Positions 1 through 11,939 are shown, counted from the stretch's first letter. The stretch: 64,000 nt of DNA from Amoebidium appalachense (GCA_963693365.1 CAVNZM010000001.1:10504161-10568160), one strand, 5' to 3'. The notes: generated from the sequence alone by a model not told the origin. Made by a program: numbers and translations.

Positions 1-431
1 GGAATGTAATCCGGATGCCAGGCGCTAATCGGATTGGTTACTTTCATTTAGAGATCTCTGGGACCAGTGAACCAATCGTTTGCAGTCAAAACACAATTGG
101 CAACATTCCTCAACTATGCAGATGTGCATGTGGTGATCGAGTGTCAGCGTGTGTCTGTGTACACGGAACCAATTGTAAAGCTAACATACACATATTGTGG
201 AGTGAGCGTAAGTCTGCACTCCAACACCCCTACCCAATTGGAGAAGTGTACACACCACTAGAGAAGAGAGAGTGAGTGTGGCTGCTTGCAGGGTAGACCG
301 GGGTGTGCATTCCACTGTGGTGCGTGCCCCGCCAATGAAGTGGAATACTTGACGTTGATGTCGCAGGCTGCTGCGGATGGAGTTTGTGGAAGCGAAAGTC
401 TCTAATGAAGTTAGAGGCCGCGGTGTCGTGT

Positions 432-446
432 CTGGGCCCATAACCC
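432..446 (-). promoter_or_regulatory. Primer-binding site complementary to the anticodon arm of tRNA-iMet (half-tRNA priming); second copy at 1110-1124
   Basis: Plus strand CTGGGCCCATAACCC abuts the LTR. This is the internal tRNA-iMet PBS type known from Drosophila copia (GGTTATGGGCCCAG). Confidence 0.85.
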
Positions 447-902
447 TGTTGGAAGTAGAGTCCGCTGTGACTAGGGTCGTCGTGGCGCGCTTGGGCGCTG
501 ACCCGTTTTTTACTGCTTTCAGTGTGTTAACTCCATGACTGAACTCCATGACTGAACTCCATGACTGAACTCCATGACTGAACTCCATGACTTAACTCCA
601 TGACTTAACTCCATGACTGAACTCCATGTCTGCACCTGGCAGAGACGTGGCTTATATACCCGTGGGGCAGCAGTCTGGAATGTAATCCGGATGCCAGGCG
701 CTAATCGGATTGGTTACTTTCATTTAGAGATCTCTGGGACCAGTGAACCAATCGTTTGCAGTCAAAACACAATTGGCAACATTCCTCAACTATGCAGATG
801 TGCATGTGGTGATCGAGTGTCAGCGTGTGTCTGTGTACACGGAACCAATTGTAAAGCTAACATACACATATTGTGGAGTGAGCGTAAGTCTGCACTCCAA
901 CA
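447..902 (-). repeat. TRIM LTR, shared central copy, 456 bp
   Basis: TGTTGG...CCAACA termini; TATA-like GGGTATATAAG on the minus strand near 651-661; same sequence as 1125-1528 except for four extra 13-bp units. Confidence 0.88.
529..628. repeat. 13-bp minisatellite AACTCCATGACT(G/T) inside the TRIM LTR
   Basis: 7 full units plus 1 partial here; 3 full plus 1 partial at 1207-1254. Confidence 0.95.
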
Positions 903-1124
903 CCCCTACCCAATTGGAGAAGTGTACACACCACTGTAGAGAAGAGAGAGTGAGTGTGGCTGCTTGCAGGGTAGACCGGGGTGTGCATTCCACTGTGGTG
1001 CGTGCCCCGCCAATGAAGTGGAATACTTGACGTTGATGTCGCAGGCTGCTGCGGATGGAGTTTGTGGAAGCGAAAGTCTCTAATGAAGTTAGAGGCCGCG
1101 GTGTCGTGTCTGGGCCCATAACCC

Positions 1125-1528
1125 TGTTGGAAGTAGAGTCCGCTGTGACTAGGGTCGTCGTGGCGCGCTTGGGCGCTGACCCGTTTTTTACTGCTTTCAG
1201 TGTGTTAACTCCATGACTGAACTCCATGACTTAACTCCATGACTTAACTCCATGTCTGCACCTGGCAGAGACGTGGCTTATATACCCGTGGGGCAGCAGT
1301 CTGGAATGTAATCCGGATGCCAGGCGCTAATCGGATTGGTTACTTTCATTTAGAGATCTCTGGGACCAGTGAACCAATCGTTTGCAGTCAAAACACAATT
1401 GGCAACATTCCTCAACTATGCAGATGTGCATGTGGTGATCGAGTGTCAGCGTGTGTCTGTGTACACGGAACCAATTGTAAAGCTAACATACACATATTGT
1501 GGAGTGAGCGTAAGTCTGCACTCCAACA
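1125..1528 (-). repeat. TRIM 5' LTR, 404 bp
   Basis: TGTTGG at 1125 and CCAACA ending at 1528; on the minus strand it is followed by the PBS at 1110-1124. Confidence 0.88.
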
Positions 1529-1608
1529 CCCCCCCCCCCCCCCCCCCCTCCCCCCGCCCCCCCTCCCCCCTCCCCACACACACATGACTGCCCCCCCCCC
1601 CCCCTCCC

Positions 1609-1646
<38 letters not shown>

Positions 1647-2308
1647 CGCCCCGCCCCGTTGTCCCCCTACACACACATGCACACATGCAAACACAACGTG
1701 CACTTTCAGAGACTGCAGAATTTTCTCGGTGATGTTGGCATATTATCACCAGACACTATGCCTACATCCCCCATCCCCCCCCCCCCCCCCCCCCCCCCCC
1801 CTCCCCCCCCCCCCTCCCCCCTTCCCCCCGGTCCCTCCTGTCCTTCCAGTCACCGTGTGTATTGAAATACTCCCCCCCCTCCCCCCTCCCCTCCCCCCCC
1901 CCATACCTCTCCCCTATCCCCTCATTGGAGGCGAAACCCCCACCCCCTCTACAGGCGAAACCCCCCCTGGCTTTCCCACCATATACGCAGCCTCCCCCTC
2001 CCCCCTGTTTTCCCATGTGCGATCCCGCGCCCCTCCCCCCCCCCCCCCCCCCCCCTCCCCCCCGATGTGCAACACACGCGCAGCCCTTTCCCCCTCCACC
2101 CGTTTTCTCCTTGTGCAACCCCCCCCCCCCCCCCCCCCCCTCACTGGGTGCTGACGATCCTTCCCCCCCCCCCCCCCCCCCCCCCCCTTGCCCCCACCAC
2201 AAACAAAAACAAACAAACAAAAAAAAAAAAAAAACCTGGTCCCCACCATCGAGTAGCTTGGAAAAAAAAAAAAATGTGTGTGTAGGGGGGGGGGGGGGGG
2301 TACAAACA

Positions 2309-2446
<138 letters not shown>

Positions 2447-3022
2447 AACGGGATATCTCAACGAAATGATATTGTAAGGTATATTGATATATGAACCTCG
2501 GCCTCGTGCATTGCATGGCCGTGGGTTGAGTAGTACCATTAATGTGTATAGGTATATATATCCGATAATAATCCCAGGAAGAGCAGATTTTGATAGCCGA
2601 ATATCTAAGCGATACATTTTTTGGTATCGAGCAAGAGAGGCGCCTCAGTTTATGGATGGACCCTTTTTCAGTAGCTAACTGGTAAATATATCTGATGTTT
2701 TCTAGGGTGGTGGTCCCTCTCTAGCTACGCGGCAGATTTGCGCCACATATTATACCATATAAATAGATTTTCTCGAACATCAAGTTTTCATCACAATGCT
2801 GTTGTCTGCGATGAGATCTCGTAGGGGCCACTTTTGCGCTCGATCTCAGTAGTTTCCAACGATTTTATACCAGTTTGCTAAAAACTTGTAGGGAAAGTAC
2901 AAAAACGCAATACCACACCAACCCCTCCCCCTCCTCACCCTCCTCTTTGTAGTGTGCTTTGCACCTTTTACTGTGTATGTGAATGGACCGGATTCGAACC
3001 CAATCCAGCAAGACAACCCCCA

Positions 3023-3915
3023 ACAACGAGCAACCCACAAAAGACGGCCGAGTGTTCACGGTAGGGAACCTTGATGGGTGGTGAGTCGTTCTCGTTGATG
3101 GTGATGACGGTGCCGACGGGAATGGGAGTGGCCTTGGGGTGGGCATCGTTGAGGTTGAAGTCTCTGACGATGTCGTTGATGTAGGACTGTTGAAGCAGAG
3201 TAGCGCAGTGGAAGCGTGCTGGGCCCATAACCTGTTGTTTTGTGTGGGTAAACGGAGAAGCAGAGAGCACAGATGGGTGTTATGTTATACACAACACAGA
3301 GACACACGGGAGAAACACAACCGGAGAGGTGGAACGATTTCTGGAACCATAGGAAATGAATACGACTGCTTGATATTTATTCCAAGATGAAGTCCCTTTT
3401 ATACTTGGGAATGGGAAAACGATAAACCAATGAAAAGAACGAAAACTCTATTTTCCAATCAGAAAGACGAAAACTATGAGTGTAAAATATATCGATCGAA
3501 ATGTCTGTCGACACATAGAATATAAAATGCAATCCTCTAATGAAAGAAACTTCTAATAAAAGCACGGAAACATTTAACAAAATGAAACCACTTATGTAAC
3601 TATTAGTTCACATCATACATTTATACATGTTCTTATCATAACACGTCTAAATATAATTATTCCTAATAGTTGGAGAACATAGCACAATGCTACGTCGTGA
3701 GAAAGGAATGGGAAAGGAATGTAAGTTACTATATTTGGGAAAATACAAACGAGATCTGATTGGATGACATATTTAGATATTGACACAAACGACAATACGT
3801 GTGCGCGAGCTAAGTATGTCGATACGTACACAGATCTAAGATATCGGTGTACACGGAAACAGAAAGGAAAGAAAGAAAGGAAGAAAGGAAAAGGAAAAGG
3901 AAACAAACTACAACA
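3023..3915 (-). mobile_element. Internally deleted Ty1/Copia relic: LTR (3233-~3915), extended PBS and a ~170-bp RT fragment
   Basis: The minus strand encodes QQSYINDIVRDFNLNDAHPKATPIPVGTVITINENDSPPIKVPYRE/LGRLLWVARC (1-bp frameshift). This matches HQRSYIMDIIHDFNLTDAKSKSTPIPAG...VPYRELLGRLLWVARC in the intact Copia RT of this window. The LTR starts TGTTG at 3233; its right end is uncertain. Confidence 0.8.
3194..3232 (+). other. Copy of the 5' 39 nt of initiator tRNA-Met (captured retrotransposon primer, not a tRNA gene)
   Basis: AGCAGAGTAGCGCAGTGGAAGCGTGCTGGGCCCATAACC matches nt 1-39 of animal-type tRNA-iMet as I recall it (AGCAGAGTGGCGCAGYGGAAGCGTGCTGGGCCCATAACC). It stops exactly at the LTR edge and has no T-arm or 3' acceptor strand. 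Confidence 0.88.
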
Positions 3916-4660
3916 AACTAATAAACAAATACAAAACTCAACTTCTAAGTCTTGCTATGAATCATGGGAAAATAACCCCCCCCCCCCCCCTCCTCTCCTT
4001 TCCTTCTCCCCCCCCCCCCAACACCTCTCCTTTCCTTCCCCCCCACCCTCACCCCCCCCACCTCCCCCGCTTCCCCCCGCCTGCCTGGGGGCCCCGCATG
4101 TGCGCATACGTGAGGGAGCCAGAAGCCTCTAAACAAAACCTCATTTCAAGTGCACACGGCGTATTGAAAAGTGTGCAGCTATCCACCAGCATAGGTGTTG
4201 TAGGAGGCACCTGTGCATTTTTTACTGTTGTTGTTTCGGGGGGTAGGGGGTGGGGGGGGGGGGGGGGTTGGGGGGGGGGTTGGGGGGATGCTGTTTATCA
4301 CCGACACAGGTTTGACTTGGAGGCTGTGCCGGGGCTAAAAAGAGAAAAGTTCGTCTTGGAATTGTCTAGACGTTGAGACCAGTCCACCCCCCCCCCCCCC
4401 TCCAACCTCCCCCTCCCCCCCCCCCCCCCCCCCTTCCCCCGGGACCCCCACGCCGGAGAGAAAAAAGGCACCTTACTAACGGACCACAAGCTTCCCTACT
4501 ATGTCAACCGGATACGAAGTTGCTCTCGTAATTGATAGAATCGCCGTGCATTGGAGTATCACGGGGACTATAGGGTACCGGCTTACTAAGTTAACTTACC
4601 TCCATTTACTCCACGCACGCGCACGCGCATGCATGCACGCACACACACACACACAAGCAT

Positions 4661-4711
<51 letters not shown>

Positions 4712-4783
4712 TGCACGCACGCAGTGCCACACACACACATACACACACATACACACGCGCACGCGTGCACGCGCGCAACGCGC

Positions 4784-4903
<120 letters not shown>

Positions 4904-5417
4904 CCAACGGGAGAGAATAGTTTGCCGGATGAAGGCCCTAGGTATCATAGGAAACCGCATCACGCAAACCGTTATAAGACAAATTATTCAATTGATACTT
5001 ATTTCACCAAAATAAAAACATAAACTTGGCAAAAAACATAACCCGATGTGTGTATGGGCCCTCAAAAGGGGGGCTGGCGCCCCCCAAACCCCCACTAGAG
5101 GCCTTAATGTCGCTCGGAGATCAAATCGTTCTCCCCTGATTTTACGTGATCAATTCGTGGTTTGTCCAATCAGAAGCAAAGGGACTATCGCCCAATGAAC
5201 ATCTGTGACGGACGTGGTTTATGGGGTGGGAGGGGGAGGGAAAGTGGCCGGGGGGAGGGGGGAGGGGGGGAGCGGGAGGGGGGAGGGGAGAAAGGGAAGG
5301 CAAGGGAATTATCGGGAATGGTATGGAGGGGTGGGGATGGGTTGGGAAAGTAATAGGAGGTATAGTATGCACCTAGTTCTACACACACACAGGCTGTGTG
5401 AGGATACACAGCTCGCA

Positions 5418-5580
5418 CACACTGGGTCCCCACACAAATTCATGTATCATACAGTAGATACTCGCACACAGTTGTGTTGTTCACCAACACAGTAGCCACA
5501 CTGGGTCCCCACACAAATTCTTTTATCATACAGTACAGTAGATACTCGCACACAGTTGTGTTGTTCACCAACACAGCAGC
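5418..5580. repeat. Short direct duplication (~78-bp unit, 2 copies)
   Basis: CACACTGGGTCCCCACACAAATTC...TAGATACTCGCACACAGTTGTGTTGTTCACCAACACAG occurs twice in tandem. Confidence 0.85.
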
Positions 5581-6363
5581 CAAATGAGCAAGTATATTCT
5601 TATTGTTCGAGTAATTTCCGTTTACCGGCCCGGGGTTTTGACGCCTTGCTGCAGTGTGTGTTTCATCTTTTTTTCCCCCCTGAAGACTGCATATGAAAAA
5701 GCAATTTAGACAATTTTAGACATGTTCAGGCTCAAACAGATCTCTGGACAGACTTGTTCACGATCAAAGTTATAGTGGCTCAGTGAAATTTGGATTGAAT
5801 ATCTCCGAAAATATATCTCTCGACATAATGTATAAAATAAAAAAAAAGAACGGGTGCACAAAACTTTTTGTTCGTGCTGATGTTCTTTGAATCTTCGTCT
5901 CTGTGAGGACAATGGAGCAAGGAGAGGACCAAAGGGTGGTTCATGGGACGGCATGTGGGAGGTGGTGGTGTATGTGCAGTGTGTGTGTATCTGCGCGCGC
6001 GCGTGTGTGTGTGTATGTGTGTGTGTGTGCATGCGTGCATGTCACACGGCATGCGTGCGTGAGCACGTGTGTGTGCATGTGTGGTTATGTAGATACCGAA
6101 CACCCATCCTACGTGTTTACCCACAAAAAAAAATTTATGTCAATAAATTCCACAAATAAAACCTCTATGAAAACTACTCCGGGACGTGTGTTGCCTCTAG
6201 GGGGACATCCCCATGGACGAAAGTGACCCTGCAATGGTTGTAAACCACGGCGCAAGAGCAGTATGCTTGCTCCAAAGGTTTCAATTAAGAATAGAGGCGA
6301 ATACACGTTTGGTAGTGGCAGCAATGGAAGCCGGGCGAAGTCGAGTATAGGTTTAGGTTTATC

Positions 6364-7854
6364 ATCCCGGAACATGGGGTAGTTGACAGATGTCCTAAAG
6401 ACGTCTGCACTCACTCTACAGGATGTCTATGAGAGATACCGATACTTTATTATATAGATGTGTGTAGGATGCATTATACACGCAAGTAAGTTGACATAAG
6501 GCGCTCGTGGGATGGGCGGGTAGATATGTTAAAGATATACTGCGGAGATCTTAGTACAATCTTTATCCTCTCTTAATCCCGTATGTACCATGCAACATGT
6601 GCGAAACGAACTGATTGCATTAGAATGTTGTCAGGATATCTCACAGCTAGGCAGTGGATTATCTAAAGAGATCTTTGGAGAGTTCTTTTGTAGCGCTATT
6701 GGCCATCCAGATTATATCTTCAAGACAGGCCATGTCTGTGCGTGTGATGTGCTAACGCAATCTTAGGCAAGTATTGGTGTTAGATTGTATAAGTATTTGG
6801 GATGTAAGCAGAGACACAGTGGTGCAGTGTGAAAACACCACAGACACACACAACAACAAAACACGGAACGATCGGAGCAGTGTACACAACAGACATCAAT
6901 GTTTAGACACGACTGAACTGAATTTATTCTGATCTTCGAATAAATACCTGAAATTCCTCTAAGTCCAATCCATACATGATTTCCGACCAGTCGGAAATCA
7001 GATCTATCTCTAATAGAAACCAATCACTAAGAACCAATTGCTTTCCGAGAGATCCGGTACGCGGAGACGCACACGATAGGACACAGACACTAGTTAAGGT
7101 CAACTCGTGTCATCATCAAGGAAGTTCTAACCTATCACATACTACAAAGACTCAGACATATCACACTTAACCTTGATGATTGGTTAAAGCCCGGCAACAC
7201 ATGAAAACTAAAGTAAATTAATGAAGTCTAAACACACATGCTATTCTAAGTGTAGCCTAAGTGTGTTACCGTCCAATGAACACGTATTAGGTAACACAAA
7301 TCTACCTAACATATATTAGTAGAAAAGAAATACGATTATACACATGAAGACAAAGAGAGAAAGAAAAGAAAATAAGGAAGGAGAAGGAGGAAGGAAAAGA
7401 GAGCACAGATCAACAAACAAGATAGTAATAGCATAACTATAACCAGAGATATTTATGTACACACGAACATGTACACGTCTCTCCCTGAGTGGGTGGATCC
7501 GTGTACACACATATAAATATTCTAATTGATATTACAATACACGATTAGAGCCGATACAACACGATTACAAGTATTCAAGCATATCGGAGATCGATGCTTC
7601 ACTTTACATAATAGGAGTGTGGCATATACACTAAGCATATGAACTGAAACATAACACAAACTGAGAAGATCTTACCATATGTAGATACTACGTATTACAA
7701 CAATTGGTGATACCTTTCTGCGATCTTCACGCCCTATTTGGGGTAGCTTAAAGATGTTCAGAGTTGCAATTAGGTATTGTGTTAGGAATACTTTAGGACC
7801 TCTTTAAGGGTTTAATGGGATCGATTTTGATGATCTTTAAGTGTTCCCTGGGAT
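6364..7854. mobile_element. Possible non-autonomous DNA transposon with short imperfect TIRs, interrupted by the solo LTR
   Basis: Left end ATCCCGGAACA versus reverse complement of right end ATCCCAGGGAACA; interior rich in dispersed GA(T/C)(G/A)TC-like motifs; no TSD identified. Confidence 0.3.
6778..7702 (-). mobile_element. Solo LTR (925 bp) of a sister subfamily of the Copia element at 16312-23065
   Basis: TGTTAG...TACAACA termini flanked by a 5-bp TSD ATTGG (6773-6777 and 7703-7707). The first ~230 bp are nearly identical to the Copia LTR; the rest is diverged. Confidence 0.95.
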
Positions 7855-8242
7855 ATAAAAGCAAAGCACGTATCGCTATCCTCAGCCACGGCCTCTTGAC
7901 CACCCGGTCAATGCCGATTACCCAGGACCACGATCCGTGATGCGCGGGTTAGCTCAATATATACGGCGGGAAAAGGGATTGCGCATTTGATTGTGGGATG
8001 GATCACTCCAACTTGTTTTTGATTGGTTGCTTTTTAGGATCGAGTTTCACACTGCATTCACAATGAAGGCGTCACAAGGTACGCTTTTATTGAAACATGA
8101 AACAAGAAGGCGTCGTGCAGGTGCGCGCGAGGCGTTGATAGCCAATGGAAACAAAGATTTACTGGAGGAGTGCAAAACAGAATCCGAAGCACTGTTATCA
8201 TTACAATCATGATCTGTCTAATGTAAGTAAAACTGGGGCTAA

Positions 8243-10994
8243 CCCAACCACCCACACACGCCAACCTTTCACACTTTTGTTACAACCTTACGCCTGACTC
8301 TTCCATCTATAGTACAAGAACACCGCACGGACTGGGGGGCAGCCTCTGGTCCTTGCACCTTACACGTACACCACAACCTACACCCACCACTGTCAGACCA
8401 CCTACCTATAGTCTTTCGCACTACACTTAGCCTTTCTACGCCGTCACCACAACACACTTACAGACTTAACGTACGCGAACTTAAAAGCCAGCGCGGCCAA
8501 GCAGACAGTCGCTTCTTTTTCCAGACGGTGCAACGGAGTCTATTATCGCTTGTGCGTGATGGACGCCAAACCCCGCTACGCACCGACCAGACCTTCATCG
8601 ATAGCGTCTGGTCTACAGTACGAGAAACCTTGTGGGACATGGGTGAATATGCCTGTTTAGGTGCCCAAGTTTACCCACAAGCACGAATTACACACAATCA
8701 CGGCCCTCGAGCGGAGGCTGCCTTACGTAAGCCTCTACCGTATCACATGCTATTGGGTAATATTCGGAAGATTGATTGCGCCGATCATTCGATTCGAATA
8801 ACGGCCGACCCGTCATCCGACCCGGAAGCTGCAACCGATTCCTTTTACGGCACCCTGTTTAAACGTAACCCGACATGTACGGCCACGGACCTGGGGCAGG
8901 CGCCCCCTCCTGTTTTTTTTCCACCCTCCGACACAGCACCACCCCCACACAGTGTCAAGGCGTGGCCAGCGGGGCCGGCTGAGTTTGGGGCTGAACTGGG
9001 GGAACTTTTTACCCCAGATGCGGTATGGCAGTTAGTCTCCCCGTCCCGCAAAGTGTGCGGGCCGGACGGCATCCCTATGGCACTACTTAAGATATTCATC
9101 CCACCCCGACCCGAGAAAGACGAAAAGCGTGGCCCGCCGCCACCACTTACATGTATTTGTAGCGAATTGTTTAGCTGGTATTGTGATGTCGGTAAAGTGC
9201 CCTCGGAGTGGCTAGCCACCATAGTGTTTCCCATCAAGAAAACGGTTGCACGGGGTCCCATTCACGAATTTCGCCCTATCACCCTTACGTCCGATTTTCG
9301 CCGATTATTCGAAAGTGGCCTTTTACAGGCCTTTTCCCGTAACCCCACCCTTAAGCAGGCTTCCCAGCTGAGCCCTCTTCAGGCGGCATTTCGGCATCGA
9401 CACTCATGTTACGCACAAATCCTCACTCTACATAATGCAACTCAAAGATACCGAGCACCTCGTATTTATCGATTTTAAGAACGTGCACGACACGGTCGAC
9501 CTCCCTCGCCTGTGGGCCAAGTTGGCCACTCGCGGTGTCCCATTCCAAATGGGTCGGCTACTGGAGGCTATGTGTACGTTTACACGCGGACGAGCGGTGG
9601 TTAATGGGCGGCTATCCCCAGGGTTTACCCGCACGCGCGGGGTACTTCAAGGGTCCCTGCTAAGCCCTCTTCTTTTCAACTTGTATATTGATGATTCAGC
9701 CGACGCGCTTTCTGCGGCACAAATTGACGGGGGGTTGCCATCCCAGGCTCCCCCCGCCCTCTTTTTTGCCGACGATGTTGTGCTTATGTCATCCGATCCT
9801 CTCGAACTACGGCAATACATTCGTGTGGTTGAACATTGGTGCCAGCGCAACGATATGAAGGTTAATGTCAAAAAGTGTGCCCTTTTATCAAAATCGATAC
9901 CGGCATGGGACGACGTTTGTATTTTTGGCAGTCTCCTCCCTCGCCCAATCGAATACAAGTATTTGGGGATTCCGGTGGACGAATGGGGCATATGTTTCAA
10001 ACGGATGATCGACCGTCGGGTGGAGAGTGCAGGCAGGTGTCTTCGGTTATTTAGGGATGTGTATCTTGCTACTCTTTCTCATACTGTCCACCTACACAAT
10101 CGTCTTAGTATATTTCGCACATATATTCGCCCTTTGTCTGAATACGGGTTGCCCTTACTAGCTATGGCACCCCCTGATACTGTTGCTAATGTCCTCAAAT
10201 CAATAGATGATTTCCACTACACAACTTGTTGTACGTTTCTCACTGGTCTTTCCACACCTATCCCTAGACGCCTTTTTGATTCTCTCTACGCACTCACACC
10301 ACCATCACAACGCGTACACGAATTAGACCTTAAATTTCACGAGCACATCACCCGCCTGTCCGCTTGTGCCCCGGACCACCTGCTCTTCCGGCTACACGCA
10401 TCCCCGCCGGACTCGCCCCTCTACCTCTTCCCTTCCCCATCGGCTCTGCCCATTGCCGAGCGTTATGTGGAATGGCTGGCGACCCCACCGGAGGTACGGC
10501 TAGATCATAGTGTGAATATGAATAGTTTCAAGTCTATGGCTGATAGATATCTTTTTACTCTACGTGTTGAGTCCCTTCCGGTGTTAGGACCGCAAAAACA
10601 CCAACTACTAGTAGCCTATATGGCGGATACGGTTAGAGAGTCTCGTTCATACATAGATTCGTTTATTCGTAATGTGGTGTGGTGTAAAGACGCAAAGATG
10701 ATTATGGATTGGCGGTGTAATCGGTTTCTGGTGTCTCCTGCTCGTATGTGTGATATGTGTGGGGGGCGGTTTACTCGCGGCTGCATATCTATCAATAAGT
10801 GCAACCTGTTAGCTAACATATTAGAACCGGAGGTTATTGGCGGTTTTATTGTCTTTTCTTCCTCTCTTCCTCAATATATCCGTTTGAAGATGACTATCCT
10901 AGATCACCTTATTAATGCTGCACAGTATGATATTGTGATCCGGTGCCTTAACTTTCTTTCGGAGCTACCGATGCTAGCCTCTGCTTACCCATGA
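8243..10994 (+). pseudogene. LINE ORF2 (endonuclease C-terminus, reverse transcriptase, Cys-rich C-terminus) with one frameshift near 9440-9455
   Basis: Motifs GPDGIP, FRPITL and LQAAFR lie in ORF 8528-9478. FIDFKNVHDTV, GVLQGSLLSPLLFNLYID, FADD, YKYLG and the C-terminal CDMC-x7-C-x5-C lie in ORF 9435-10994. Confidence 0.9.
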
Positions 10995-11160
10995 TATGTA
11001 ATCATTGAGGGGTGTCATATACTACGATGGCGCTCATTCAACGGTTGCCTAGCATGTACATATGTCACTGGCTGCATTTGATTGGCTGCGCTGGAAAACG
11101 CAGTAGGCCGTCGAATGTGGCTGGGCCTCCGGCAGTGTCCACGCAATAAAACGTGTGTAA
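8243..11160 (+). mobile_element. 5'-truncated APE-type non-LTR retrotransposon (LINE); 3' end approximate
   Basis: The reading frame opens at 8243 with endonuclease C-terminal motifs PTF..RTDW..LSDHLPIV, followed by an RT domain. There is an AATAAA near 11145; no TSD identified. Confidence 0.85.
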
Positions 11161-11939
11161 ACCCCGGGCATTCAACTGCCAAATACAGAAGTTTTAGATA
11201 ATAATATTTAAGTTACCTATAAAATAGGCGAGATACCTTGGCAAACGGTGCAATGCCTGCGCGGAGCAAGTGGCCAGGGCGTGGAATTTACCCTAAATAA
11301 ACACAATGAAAAATAAAAATAAAAAAAATGTACAAAAAACGCAAAGATATAAATCGCATACCTTAGGAAGCACCTAAGAATATCCTCACGCTATACTAGA
11401 GCTATACTTACTATTTTGTCAGTACGTCCTGAATAAATACGCCAACGATACCTGAAACTGCAGTGCGGATCGCCGACCATAAAACTCCTTACACCCCACC
11501 ACCCTAAGATACACTCCCTCCTCACCTTCTTGCAGTCGAATTTAGCAGCTGTTGTATGGGAATATTTTTCTTTTCACTGGAAGAGGCAGATCCCCCCGTG
11601 GAGTCCCCCGTGCTTCAGCAGGCGTTAAGCCCACTAGGAACAACTGCAGCTGTAGCGGCAGAAACTTTAGGCAATTGCCACGTCCTTCAAGCCTGGGGCT
11701 GTGGTCGAAGTTCCCTTCTGATGCAAAATAGGCATCCAGCTTTGCAAGGTGCAGGCCTTTCTTATCCTGCAAGTCTGTGTTTGGGACAAAAGGATTCGAG
11801 TGGATCAGAGTAATCTTCCGCAGCGCAGCGGCGGGCCCGCCGGGGAGAGGGGGGGGGGGGGGGGGGGACGTTGCCATTGCCTTGGAAATAACCACCCAAT
11901 GTGTAAACCCCCCCCCCCCCCAAAAAAAAAAGCACAATA

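Larger units (their letters stand above)
1..1528 (-). mobile_element. Tandem TRIM-like (miniature non-autonomous LTR retrotransposon) array, LTR-int-LTR-int-LTR; runs off the left edge
   Basis: Three near-identical LTRs with TGTTGG...CCAACA termini: partial 1-226, 447-902, 1125-1528. They are separated by 220/222-bp internal segments (227-446, 903-1124). On the minus strand each internal segment begins with the PBS GGGTTATGGGCCCAG and ends with the purine tract TGGGTAGGGG before the next LTR. No intact gag/pol. Confidence 0.88.

Noticed and set aside
529-628. 13-bp repeats (and the 18-bp and 183-bp arrays) as a CRISPR array
   Set aside because: Head-to-tail repeats without unique spacers, no cas genes, and a eukaryotic context.
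15-1587. Repeated ORFs MPGANRIG... and MNQSFAVK...
   Set aside because: They lie in the TRIM LTR antisense to the element, recur only because the LTR repeats, and show no domain.
3194-3232. Functional tRNA-iMet gene
   Set aside because: Only the 5' 39 nt are present; LTR sequence replaces the T-arm and 3' acceptor stem.
8063-8212. Short ORF MKASQG... upstream of the LINE as its ORF1
   Set aside because: The LINE is truncated inside the endonuclease domain; this ~49-aa ORF has no recognisable motif and probably belongs to flanking sequence.
11542-11830. Minus-strand ORF segment KITLIHSNPFVPNTDLQDKKG...
   Set aside because: No recognisable domain, and no convincing splice sites or partner exons.
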